From: Cyanobacteriota bacterium
Lineage (GTDB): Bacteria > Cyanobacteriota > Cyanobacteriia > PCC-6307 > Cyanobiaceae
NCBI GenBank assembly: GCA_046338875.1
Contig: JBKDVK010000029.1
Span: 1 to 59,257 of the forward strand
Length of the DNA stretch: 59,257 bases
Reading direction: 5' to 3'
The notes below the pieces were generated by a model, which saw nothing but the letters and a program-made list of their open reading frames with translations, was not told where the DNA came from and did not search any database. Below are positions 51,409-58,927 of the stretch, piece after piece (within the stretch, counting starts at the first letter, position 1; each line of letters opens with the position of its first letter). The position numbers were made by a program, and so were the translations under genes.

Positions 51409-52132
51409 GTTTCTCGCGCCATACTGCCCAGGCAAACCGAGGCAACGACAACATGCGTCGCCAGCGAGCAGGCTCCTGAATCAGCCGATACAACCATTCA
51501 ATCTGCAGGGCCCCCATCCATTGCGGGGCCCTTTTTTTTGTACCGGCCCAAACATCGAAACTGCCGCCGACCCCCATCCACAAACCCGTGCGAGGACGGG
51601 GACGTTCTTGGATCCAGACCTCCTGGCGGGGCACCCCCAGGGCGACCAGAATCAGGTCAGGATGAGCCAGTTGCAATTGATGTTCCAGGTCGGTCCACTG
51701 GTCGGGCGAGAGATAGCCATGGCTACTGACCACGATCTGAAGCCCGGGGATCTCCTGCTGCAGCCGAGCTTTGAGACTCGCCATCACCGCCGGACTGGCG
51801 CCCACCAGGGCGACCCGCCAGCCCGCCGCCGGGGCCCGTTCGAGCAGGGACCGGGCCAGTTCGATGCCAGGGCAGCGGCGCACCCGGTAGCCCTGCCGCC
51901 CCAGCGCCCAGACCACGCCCGCCCCGTCGGGAATCACCAGGTCGGCCTGCTCCATGACCGAGCCCAGGGCCCGATCGGCCAGCGCCGCCATGGTCATCTC
52001 GGCGTTGAGGGTGACCACCTGGCCGCCGCCGCGACGATGCAGGGCAAGGGCCGCCGCCAGGCAATCGGGCTCGATGTTGACGGGAACCCCCAAAACACGG
52101 CTGCGGCGCGGGGAAGTGATCGTTGCTGCCAT
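51404..52132 (-). CDS. WecB/TagA/CpsF family glycosyltransferase
   Basis: VTLNAE, IPDGAG, ALGVPRQE, MGVGGSFD, KRAP and EWLYRL..EP.RWRR. Confidence 0.92.
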   Translation of the reverse strand: MAATITSPRRSRVLGVPVNIEPDCLAAALALHRRGGGQVVTLNAEMTMAALADRALGSVMEQADLVIPDGAGVVWALGRQGYRVRRCPGIELARSLLERAPAAGWRVALVGASPAVMASLKARLQQEIPGLQIVVSSHGYLSPDQWTDLEHQLQLAHPDLILVALGVPRQEVWIQERPRPRTGLWMGVGGSFDVWAGTKKRAPQWMGALQIEWLYRLIQEPARWRRMLSLPRFAWAVWREKR

Positions 52133-52191
52133 GGGGGGGGCACCGGCAGTGGAGAATCTATGGCTGCGGTCAGGAAGAACGGCCAGATTTG

Positions 52192-55100
52192 ATGACAGGC
52201 AGCGGTTCCACCCCCTCCCCCACCCGCGCCACCTCCAGCGCCACCTCCAGCGCCAGCGGCGCGTCTGCTCGAAGTGCCGCCGAGGTGCTCCACGAGCTTG
52301 ATGCCCAGATTGAAGCCGTCGTGATCGAGCGGCAACACCCGGTGAGCGGCCTGTTGCCGGCCAGCACCGCCAACACGGTTCACGGCAACTACGCCGATGC
52401 CTGGGTGCGGGACTGCGTCTATTCGATCCAATGCGTCTGGGGGCTGGCGATGGCCTACCGCCGACAGCAAGCGTCGGCCCGCCGGGCCTACGAACTGGAG
52501 CAGCGGGTGCTGCAGCTGATGCGCGGACTGCTCAACGCCATGATGCGCCAGGGCAGCAAGGTCGAGCGGTTCAAAACCAGCCTGGATCCGCTCGATGCCC
52601 TGCACGCCAAATTCGATTCCAGCAGCGGCGAATCCGTGGTGGCCGATGACGGCTGGGGCCACCTGCAGCTCGATGCCACGGCCTTGTTCCTGCTCCAGCT
52701 TGCCCAGCTGACCCGCTCAGGCTTGGTGGTGGTGCGCAACCACCACGAGCGGGATTTCATTCAGAATCTGGTGTATTACGTGGCCCGGGCCTACCGGGTC
52801 GCCGACTACGGCATCTGGGAACGGGGCGACAAGGGCAACCATGGCCTGCCCGAGCGCAATGCCAGCTCGATTGGCATGGTCAAGGCGGCCCTGGAAGCCC
52901 TGGAAAACCTCGATCTTTATGGCCCCCACGGCGATGGCAGTTGCTGCCTGATCATCCCCCAGGACGCCATCGTGCGGCTGCGGCGGGCCCTCAGCGGCCT
53001 GCTGCCGAGGGAGTCCGCCAGCAAGGAGGTGGACAGCGCCTGCCTTTCGATCATCGGCTACCCGGCCTGGGCCGTCGAAGATCCAGAGCTGGTGCGGCGA
53101 ACCCGCGAGAAGATCCGGCGCGAGCTGGGCGGGGCCTACGGCTACAAACGCTTCCGCCGTGATGGACACCAGACCCTGATCGAGGATGTGACCCGCCTCC
53201 ACTACGAGCGGGAGGAGCTGGCCCAGTTCGAGCACATCGAATGCGAATGGCCGTTGTTTCTGGCCTATGAGCTGATCACCGCCTGCTGCGAGGAGCGTTG
53301 GGAAGAAGCGCGCCAGTGGCGGCAGCGGCTCAGCGAACTAAGCGTGACGGTGAACGGTGTGGACCTGCTGCCCGAGTTGTACCTGGTGCCGGCAGCCGCG
53401 ATCGCCGCCGAGCGGCGCAACCCCGGCAGCCAGGGCCGGGTGCCGAACGAAAACGTGCCCCTGCTCTGGACCCAGAGCCTCACCTGGCTGGCCGATCTGC
53501 TGTTGGCGGGCCTGATTCTGCCGGAGGACCTGGATCCGATCGGCCGCCGTTTCGGGGCTGGCCCCGGGGCCGACCGGGTGCTGGTGGCGCTGGTGCCGGC
53601 GGATGACACGATCGCCACCCTGCTGACGGCAGCGGACCTGCCGGTGCTGCGCGAACGGGCTGGGGCCGGTGAATTGATGCCTGCGGTGCGGATCACATCG
53701 GCGCGGGAGCTGGCCCAACGGATGGCCAGCGTTGGCGCCAACCCGCGGCTGGGTCTGAGTGGCCATCCAGCGGTCCGCATGGAGACGATGGCGACGGCGC
53801 GGATCTACCACCACGAGGGGGAGGCGCTTGCCTTCCTGCCCAGCGTGCTGGACGACGACACCTTCTATCTGGTGGACGACGCCCACCAGCTGGTCGACAC
53901 GGTGCAGAGCGAACTGAGGCTGTTGCAACGCCACTGGCGCGGCAGCGGCTCACCGATCTTGCTGATTCCGGTGGCCCAGGCACCGTTCGAGCGCAACCCG
54001 GAGGCCTTTTTCGAATTGGGCCGCCGCTTGCGCGAGGGGCTGCTGGAGGGGGTGCCGGTGCGACTCGCCAGCCCCGAGGATCTCTGGGCCCAGGCCAGCT
54101 GGATCGATCTGCCCCCCCACGCGGTCGCTGCCTGCAGCCTGTGGCCCCAGGGCCACACCCTGCTGCCAGCCAGCACCAACCAGCAGCCCCTGACGGCACG
54201 CCAGGAACAGGAGTTGGAGGACATTCCGGTGTCCGCTCTGGTGGCGCGTCTGTGGCAGAGCACCTCCTTGCCGGAGCAGGCTGAGGTGCTGGAGTTGCTG
54301 GGGCGGCGCCTGGGGCCCAATGCCCGCCTGCAGGGCCCCTTCGGCGGAGCAGCGGTGAGCCTGATGACCTTGCTGGAAGAGCTTTACCGCCGCGGCCTGG
54401 CCGAAGCCAACTGGAGTGTGGTGCGGCGGGTGGCAGGAGCCATGGGGCTGGTGCATCCCCAGCTGGAAGACGCCCTCACGGACCTGCTGGTGCGCCAGAA
54501 GCAGGTGGTGGTCGGCCGTAATTACACCAACGAGTCCCTGATCACCCAACCCCAAGGCAGCCGCACGATCGCCGCCATGATTCGCCGCTTCGGGGGAGAG
54601 GACGGACGGGAATGGATGCTGCAGCAGGAATTGCTTCTAGCCCTGGACGGCCTGGCCCGCCTTGAACCCAACCTGCTGAGTGGCAGCCTCACCCTGCAGC
54701 TGGGCCAGCTGCTGCTGCTGCTCACCGGCGAGCTGGCGGCTGAAGCCAACCTCAACCCGATCGAGGCCTATGACCAACTCTGCAGCGAAGCACCCCATGT
54801 GATCCGGCGACGGCTGCGGGCCGTGCTCGCCGATGTCGAACATGCCCAGGCCTCCTTGCAGCGCAAGGAACAACTGCACCTGCGGGGCCGTGTGCGCTGG
54901 GAGGTGCCCAACCCGCTGGAAGAGCTGCCCAAGGGGGGCTGCTGGCTGCAGCACCGCCTGCGACTGGGGGCCCTGCAAAGGGTGCCGCGCGACTTCTACG
55001 CCGGCATCTGGGATCTGCTGCACCATTGCCGCGGCATCGTCATCGGCGACAAGTTGGAGCGCCGCAACCGGCTCGAAAGTGCCCCCCTGCTCAGTGAGAA

Positions 55101-55440
55101 AACCCCGGGCGAGCGCAACTTCGCCGCCCTCGTCGATCACCTGCTCAGCAAAATCGAGGCTGCGGAGTACCGCCAGCTCTGCACCGAAACCCTGCTGACC
55201 CTGATGGCCTTTGTGGCCGCCAACCCCCAGGTGCAGTTTGACGATGACCTGGCCATGGACGTGGTGATCGGCCATGCGGTGCGGGTGGGCTGGCAAGAAC
55301 TGCATCCAGCGACCCCGACGACGGAATACGGATTGCACAAGGCCCAGGCCTGGGATCAGTTTTATCGCGCCTCCCCGGCCGCCTGTCGGCGTTGGCAGCT
55401 GCTGGCCCTGCAGCAGCTCACCGAGCCGGTGGCGAACTGA
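52192..55440 (+). CDS. Glycoside hydrolase family 15 / phosphorylase kinase alpha-beta subunit-like protein
   Basis: GLLPAS, AWVRD, ALHAK, WGHLQLDA, DYGIWERG, PRESASKEVD, KRFRRDG, ECEWPLF and PEL. Confidence 0.88.
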   Translation: MTGSGSTPSPTRATSSATSSASGASARSAAEVLHELDAQIEAVVIERQHPVSGLLPASTANTVHGNYADAWVRDCVYSIQCVWGLAMAYRRQQASARRAYELEQRVLQLMRGLLNAMMRQGSKVERFKTSLDPLDALHAKFDSSSGESVVADDGWGHLQLDATALFLLQLAQLTRSGLVVVRNHHERDFIQNLVYYVARAYRVADYGIWERGDKGNHGLPERNASSIGMVKAALEALENLDLYGPHGDGSCCLIIPQDAIVRLRRALSGLLPRESASKEVDSACLSIIGYPAWAVEDPELVRRTREKIRRELGGAYGYKRFRRDGHQTLIEDVTRLHYEREELAQFEHIECEWPLFLAYELITACCEERWEEARQWRQRLSELSVTVNGVDLLPELYLVPAAAIAAERRNPGSQGRVPNENVPLLWTQSLTWLADLLLAGLILPEDLDPIGRRFGAGPGADRVLVALVPADDTIATLLTAADLPVLRERAGAGELMPAVRITSARELAQRMASVGANPRLGLSGHPAVRMETMATARIYHHEGEALAFLPSVLDDDTFYLVDDAHQLVDTVQSELRLLQRHWRGSGSPILLIPVAQAPFERNPEAFFELGRRLREGLLEGVPVRLASPEDLWAQASWIDLPPHAVAACSLWPQGHTLLPASTNQQPLTARQEQELEDIPVSALVARLWQSTSLPEQAEVLELLGRRLGPNARLQGPFGGAAVSLMTLLEELYRRGLAEANWSVVRRVAGAMGLVHPQLEDALTDLLVRQKQVVVGRNYTNESLITQPQGSRTIAAMIRRFGGEDGREWMLQQELLLALDGLARLEPNLLSGSLTLQLGQLLLLLTGELAAEANLNPIEAYDQLCSEAPHVIRRRLRAVLADVEHAQASLQRKEQLHLRGRVRWEVPNPLEELPKGGCWLQHRLRLGALQRVPRDFYAGIWDLLHHCRGIVIGDKLERRNRLESAPLLSEKTPGERNFAALVDHLLSKIEAAEYRQLCTETLLTLMAFVAANPQVQFDDDLAMDVVIGHAVRVGWQELHPATPTTEYGLHKAQAWDQFYRASPAACRRWQLLALQQLTEPVAN

Positions 55441-55449
55441 AAGGCAGGC

Positions 55450-55483
55450 GGTCTGAGGGGCAATGGGGTCTGAGCGGCCATGG
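55450..55483. repeat. 17-bp tandem repeat x2 just after the GH15 stop
   Basis: GGTCTGAGGGGCAATGG followed by GGTCTGAGCGGCCATGG. Confidence 0.7.
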
Positions 55484-55500
55484 GCGTCTCTGTGGTTCGC

Positions 55501-55568
55501 CGCTAATCAGATCGGTTCGCTAGTCAGTTCGCTTCGCTAGTCAGTTCTGTTCGCTAATCAGATCGGTT
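55501..55568. repeat. 17-bp tandem repeat x4 ending in the oxidoreductase stop
   Basis: Units are CGCTAATCAGATCGGTT, CGCTAGTCAGTTCGCTT, CGCTAGTCAGTTCTGTT and CGCTAATCAGATCGGTT. Units 1 and 4 are identical. Confidence 0.9.
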
Positions 55569-56550
55569 CATTGAGGGCCATGCAGAGATTGGGCTGTTCG
55601 ACGCACTGTTCGATCAGGTCGGCCAGCTGCAGGGCCCGGGAGGCCTGAAGGCCATCGACGGCGGGCTTTTCGACGCCTCGCACACACTGGAGAAAATGCT
55701 CCAGTTCGGCATAGAGGGGCTCGATCGAGGTGGTGCTGACCTCCTCGATGAAGCCGTCGTTGCGATAAACGAGCTCGCCATGGTCAGCACTGACAGAACC
55801 ATGGGAGCGGCGATGAATGCGCAGGTTGTGGTTGAGGAAATCGGTTTCCATCAGGCTGCTGCGGCAGTGGGTGTATAGCCTGCGGATCTTGCGATGGGCC
55901 ATCTTGCTGGCCGTCAGGCTGGCGACCACGCCATTGGCAAAGGCCAAGGTGGCATTGACATAGTCAATCGGCCCATCGCCGCTGCGGCCGCCGGCTGCCG
56001 CCAGGCGCACCACTGGCGAGGCCGCCAACTCCAGCACCAGGTCAATGTCGTGAATCATCAGGTCGAGCACCACGGACACGTCGTTGGCCCGGTCCGGGTG
56101 GGGGCTGTGGCGGCGGGCCTCGAGCACAACGATCTCTTCGCCGCTGACCACTCTGAGCAGCTCGCGGAAGGCGGGGTTGAAGCGCTCGATGTGACCGACC
56201 TGCAACAGCTTGCCGGCCAGCTCCGCCGCCCGAATCAAATCGGCCGCCTCCTCCTGGGTGGCGGCGATCGGTTTTTCAATCAAAACGTGCAAACCAGCCT
56301 GGAGGGCAGCCAGTCCCACCTGGTGGTGCAGCAAGGTGGGCACCGCAATGCAGACGGCCTCCACCTGCCCCAGCAGGTCGCGGTAATCCGGATACCACTG
56401 GCAGTCGAATTTCTGAACCGCCAGCTGGCCGCGATCGTGATCGGGATCCGCCACCCCCACCAGCTGCGCATCCCGCAACAGGCTGAGCACCCGGGCATGG
56501 TGCCAGCCCATGTTGCCGATGCCGATGACCCCGACACGCACAGGGTTCAT
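55558..56550 (-). CDS. Gfo/Idh/MocA family oxidoreductase
   Basis: VGVIGIGNMG, HVLIEKP, VGHIERFNP and DLMIHDID. Confidence 0.92.
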   Translation of the reverse strand: MNPVRVGVIGIGNMGWHHARVLSLLRDAQLVGVADPDHDRGQLAVQKFDCQWYPDYRDLLGQVEAVCIAVPTLLHHQVGLAALQAGLHVLIEKPIAATQEEAADLIRAAELAGKLLQVGHIERFNPAFRELLRVVSGEEIVVLEARRHSPHPDRANDVSVVLDLMIHDIDLVLELAASPVVRLAAAGGRSGDGPIDYVNATLAFANGVVASLTASKMAHRKIRRLYTHCRSSLMETDFLNHNLRIHRRSHGSVSADHGELVYRNDGFIEEVSTTSIEPLYAELEHFLQCVRGVEKPAVDGLQASRALQLADLIEQCVEQPNLCMALNEPI

Positions 56551-57320
56551 GGGCAGGGCAACGCAGTGAAGACTGATTATCGGCGATGGCGTGGCACTGG
56601 CGGCTGCCGCCTGGGGCTCAGCCATGCAGCCGTGCCACCCAAAGACCGGCCAACTGCCAGGACGACCAGAGAAAAGCAGCCAGGATCAGCCAGTTGAGCC
56701 AGCTGGGCCGGCGGTTCTGCTGGGGCTCCATCAAACAGCCATGGAGGGGCCGAACCATCATGGCCCTAGGGGGTCTGGGGCCTCAGACCCGGGAGGCTCA
56801 TAGGGAGAAGGGAAAGGCCCAGCATGGGTCTGCCGTCCTCCGGCTCAGCGCCATCAGGGGTGACGCGATAAGGAGAAGAAGCCATGACACAAGCAGCCGT
56901 GCGCAGGGGTCTTACGTTTTGTTAGTTCAAGTCTTAAGACCTTCTGGCCGTCGTGGCCATGGCTTGCAAAGGGGAAAGCTGGCTGCCGCCAATTGCCAAA
57001 ACCGGCCCACAATGGCCCCCTTTTCCCACTAATCCGCCATGGCCACCCCGCGCCACCCCCCGCGAAACCACCGAAGCGATGGTGCTAAATATCGCCCGCG
57101 AGCCAGACGAAATCGAACAGGCTTTAGGCAACTACCGGGGCGATCGCGTGGCCTCGGAACCTGCCAATAAAGAGCTCGAAGGGCTGACAAGACAGGCCAT
57201 ATACATCTAAATAAGCACACCATTTTCATTTAATTTAGGTAGCGGCTCCGGCACTCCCTGCACGTTTCACGTAGCAAGATAGATCAATCATGCGAGAATC
57301 TGATATAGCGTCACTAACTT

Positions 57321-57343
57321 CCCGCTGCACTTCTGTGTTACAT
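57321..57343 (-). mobile_element. Half attC-like site (minus orientation)
   Basis: Minus strand ATGTAAC-ACAGA-AGTGCAGCGGG parallels the left arm of the intact attC (GCCCAAC-ATTAA-GATGCAGCGG). No partner arm is seen. Confidence 0.5.
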
Positions 57344-57450
57344 GGTGAACACATCATATGGGACCCACCTAAGATAAACCAGCGTTGGTCTTTGAGCAGT
57401 GAGATCCATTGCCTCGCAGTGCTTCAGCCGAACGACAACCAGGCTAAAAC

Positions 57451-57518
57451 TGCGACTTAGGCGGACAGCCGGTGGCTTCGGTGCGACTTCGGCAGATCCA
57501 CCCAATTAGTAGCTGGGC
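57451..57518 (+). mobile_element. attI-like site with degenerate core
   Basis: Direct repeats TGCGACTTAGGCGGA and TGCGACTTCGGCAGA (13/15 identical), then ACCCAAT-N5-GCTGGGC. The last heptamer is one base from GTTGGGC, the complement of the downstream attC inverse core. Confidence 0.45.
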
Positions 57519-57575
57519 TGTCTAACGACGGCAAACTACAAGGCCAGAACAGATGCATAGCTTTTCTGTTGAAAC

Positions 57576-57908
57576 CTACAGGGGAGAGGGACTCTCATTT
57601 CCATACCATTCCACTGCATATTCATAAAGACTGTCAAGAACCTCAGAAAGCTGTTTCCCGCGCTCTGTCAATCTGTATGCAACTCTTGGAACCGCGCCTT
57701 CCTCCACTTGTCTGCAAACAAGCTGAATTGACTCCAATAAGCGCAGTCTATCTGCAAGTACCTTTGTAGATATTCCATTGACCTTCCGCTTCAGTTCACC
57801 GAAGTGTAATTCACCATGTGAGCTTAGGATCCACAAGATGTAGATGGTCCACTGTGCAGAAATATGTCCCATTAACAGTTCAAGCGGGCAGCACATCTGC
57901 TTGACCAT
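57576..57908 (-). CDS. HxlR/DUF24 family winged-helix regulator
   Basis: CP, W...IL..L, FGELKR..GISTKVL..RLR.LE and PRVAYRLTERG; low GC. Confidence 0.92.
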   Translation of the reverse strand: MVKQMCCPLELLMGHISAQWTIYILWILSSHGELHFGELKRKVNGISTKVLADRLRLLESIQLVCRQVEEGAVPRVAYRLTERGKQLSEVLDSLYEYAVEWYGNESPSPL

Positions 57909-57921
57909 TGGACGGAGTAGG

Positions 57922-57941
57922 TAGTTACCAAATGGAAGCTA
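57922..57941. promoter_or_regulatory. Putative HxlR operator
   Basis: Imperfect palindrome TAGTTACCA-AA-TGGAAGCTA in the 95-bp divergent hxlR/azoR spacer. Confidence 0.5.
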
Positions 57942-58003
57942 ATTGACTTTTGCGGAGGATGGCGCGAGGTTTGCGCTGCCCCGAACAGGCCCAACGCTAG
58001 TAC

Positions 58004-58624
58004 ATGGGAACGCTACTGCACATTGACTCAAGTCCTCGCGGCGAAAATTCCAGCTCGCGACTACTTGCCAGCACCTTTACTGCAGCATGGAAGGAGATCC
58101 ATCCTGACGACAAAGTTATCTATCGCGACCTTAGGAACACGTCCATACCTCATATCACAGAAGAATGGATTGCCGCAGATTTCACTCCAAGGGATGCATT
58201 GACAGCGGAGCAGCGCCAGGTTCTTGGGCTGTCCGACATATTGGTAGATGAGTTCCTTGAAGCAGACAGATGTTTATACAGCGTTCCGATGTATAATTTC
58301 GGTATACCATCCAACTTCAAAGCTTATATCGACAATCTTGTTCGCTTTGGTCGAACATTTACATCTGAGCAAGGATGCTACCAAGGGCTTGCAAAAGAGA
58401 AAAAGGTTCTTTTTGTGACCGCTCGCGGCGTTGAGTATGGCTCAGGCTCGCCCTATCGGGGATGGGATGCGCAAGAGCCTGGGCTAAGGTATGCATTCCA
58501 GTTCATGGGAGTTTCTGACATCAGCTTTATTCATGCATGTGGTCTTGACTTGGGAGAGGAGTCTCGGCGCAGCAGTCTTGAGAAGGCCAAACACGAGTTG
58601 ATGAGCATTTTATCTTCCTGGTAG
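58004..58624 (+). CDS. azoR: FMN-dependent NADH-azoreductase (quinone reductase)
   Basis: LLHIDSSPRG..S.SR, PMYNFGIPS..KAYID..R.GRTF, TARG..Y and FQFMGV. Confidence 0.92.
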   Translation: MGTLLHIDSSPRGENSSSRLLASTFTAAWKEIHPDDKVIYRDLRNTSIPHITEEWIAADFTPRDALTAEQRQVLGLSDILVDEFLEADRCLYSVPMYNFGIPSNFKAYIDNLVRFGRTFTSEQGCYQGLAKEKKVLFVTARGVEYGSGSPYRGWDAQEPGLRYAFQFMGVSDISFIHACGLDLGEESRRSSLEKAKHELMSILSSW

Positions 58625-58634
58625 TTGACGAGCG

Positions 58635-58719
58635 GCCCAACATTAAGATGCAGCGGACGAGATCAGTAGAGTGTCCAAGTCGTCCATCTAGTGCTCGCCG
58701 CTGATCTTGAGCGTTAACT
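58635..58719 (+). mobile_element. Integron attC site (85 bp)
   Basis: R'' GCCCAAC, 5-bp spacer, arm GATGCAGCGGACGAG, arm CTCGCCGCTGATC, 6-bp spacer, R' GTTAACT. Two unpaired extrahelical bases (58650, 58657). Begins 10 bp after the azoR stop. Confidence 0.85.
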
Positions 58720-58927
58720 AATTGACCTCAGATATGCGCACTGCCACATCGTGCAAAAGTCCCCTCATCTAGGCGAAGGCAACTCGACGGGATCCAACCT
58801 AAAGCATATTAAATTTAAATAGCAGATATAAAATCAGTGGAAAACTTCCATAATGCAACTACACCGCACTGAAAAAAGGCGGGAAGAATGCCATTCTATT
58901 CTATAGGAGCTTGACATCACCCCGGCC

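Noticed and set aside
752-52258. Small in-frame coding repeats (QVQEVQQVQ near 752-780, ADTGADT near 1117-1140, GAGAGAG near 45790, ATSSATSS near 52228-52258)
   Set aside because: Two to three copies in flexible linkers or termini; ordinary slippage with no further structure.
12268-55568. Short repeat arrays as CRISPR arrays
   Set aside because: Units are 13-19 bp and directly adjacent with no unique spacers, and no cas genes are present.
35705-57147. Scattered GCGATCGC (HIP1) octamers, e.g. near 35705, 42793, 49523, 53398 and 57140
   Set aside because: A known cyanobacterial feature. Only a few copies were noticed and enrichment cannot be assessed by eye.
56953-57229. Short ORFs (85, 65, 66 aa) left of the integron remnant as an integrase fragment
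   Set aside because: No tyrosine-recombinase motifs (R, HxxR, Y) or any recognisable family.
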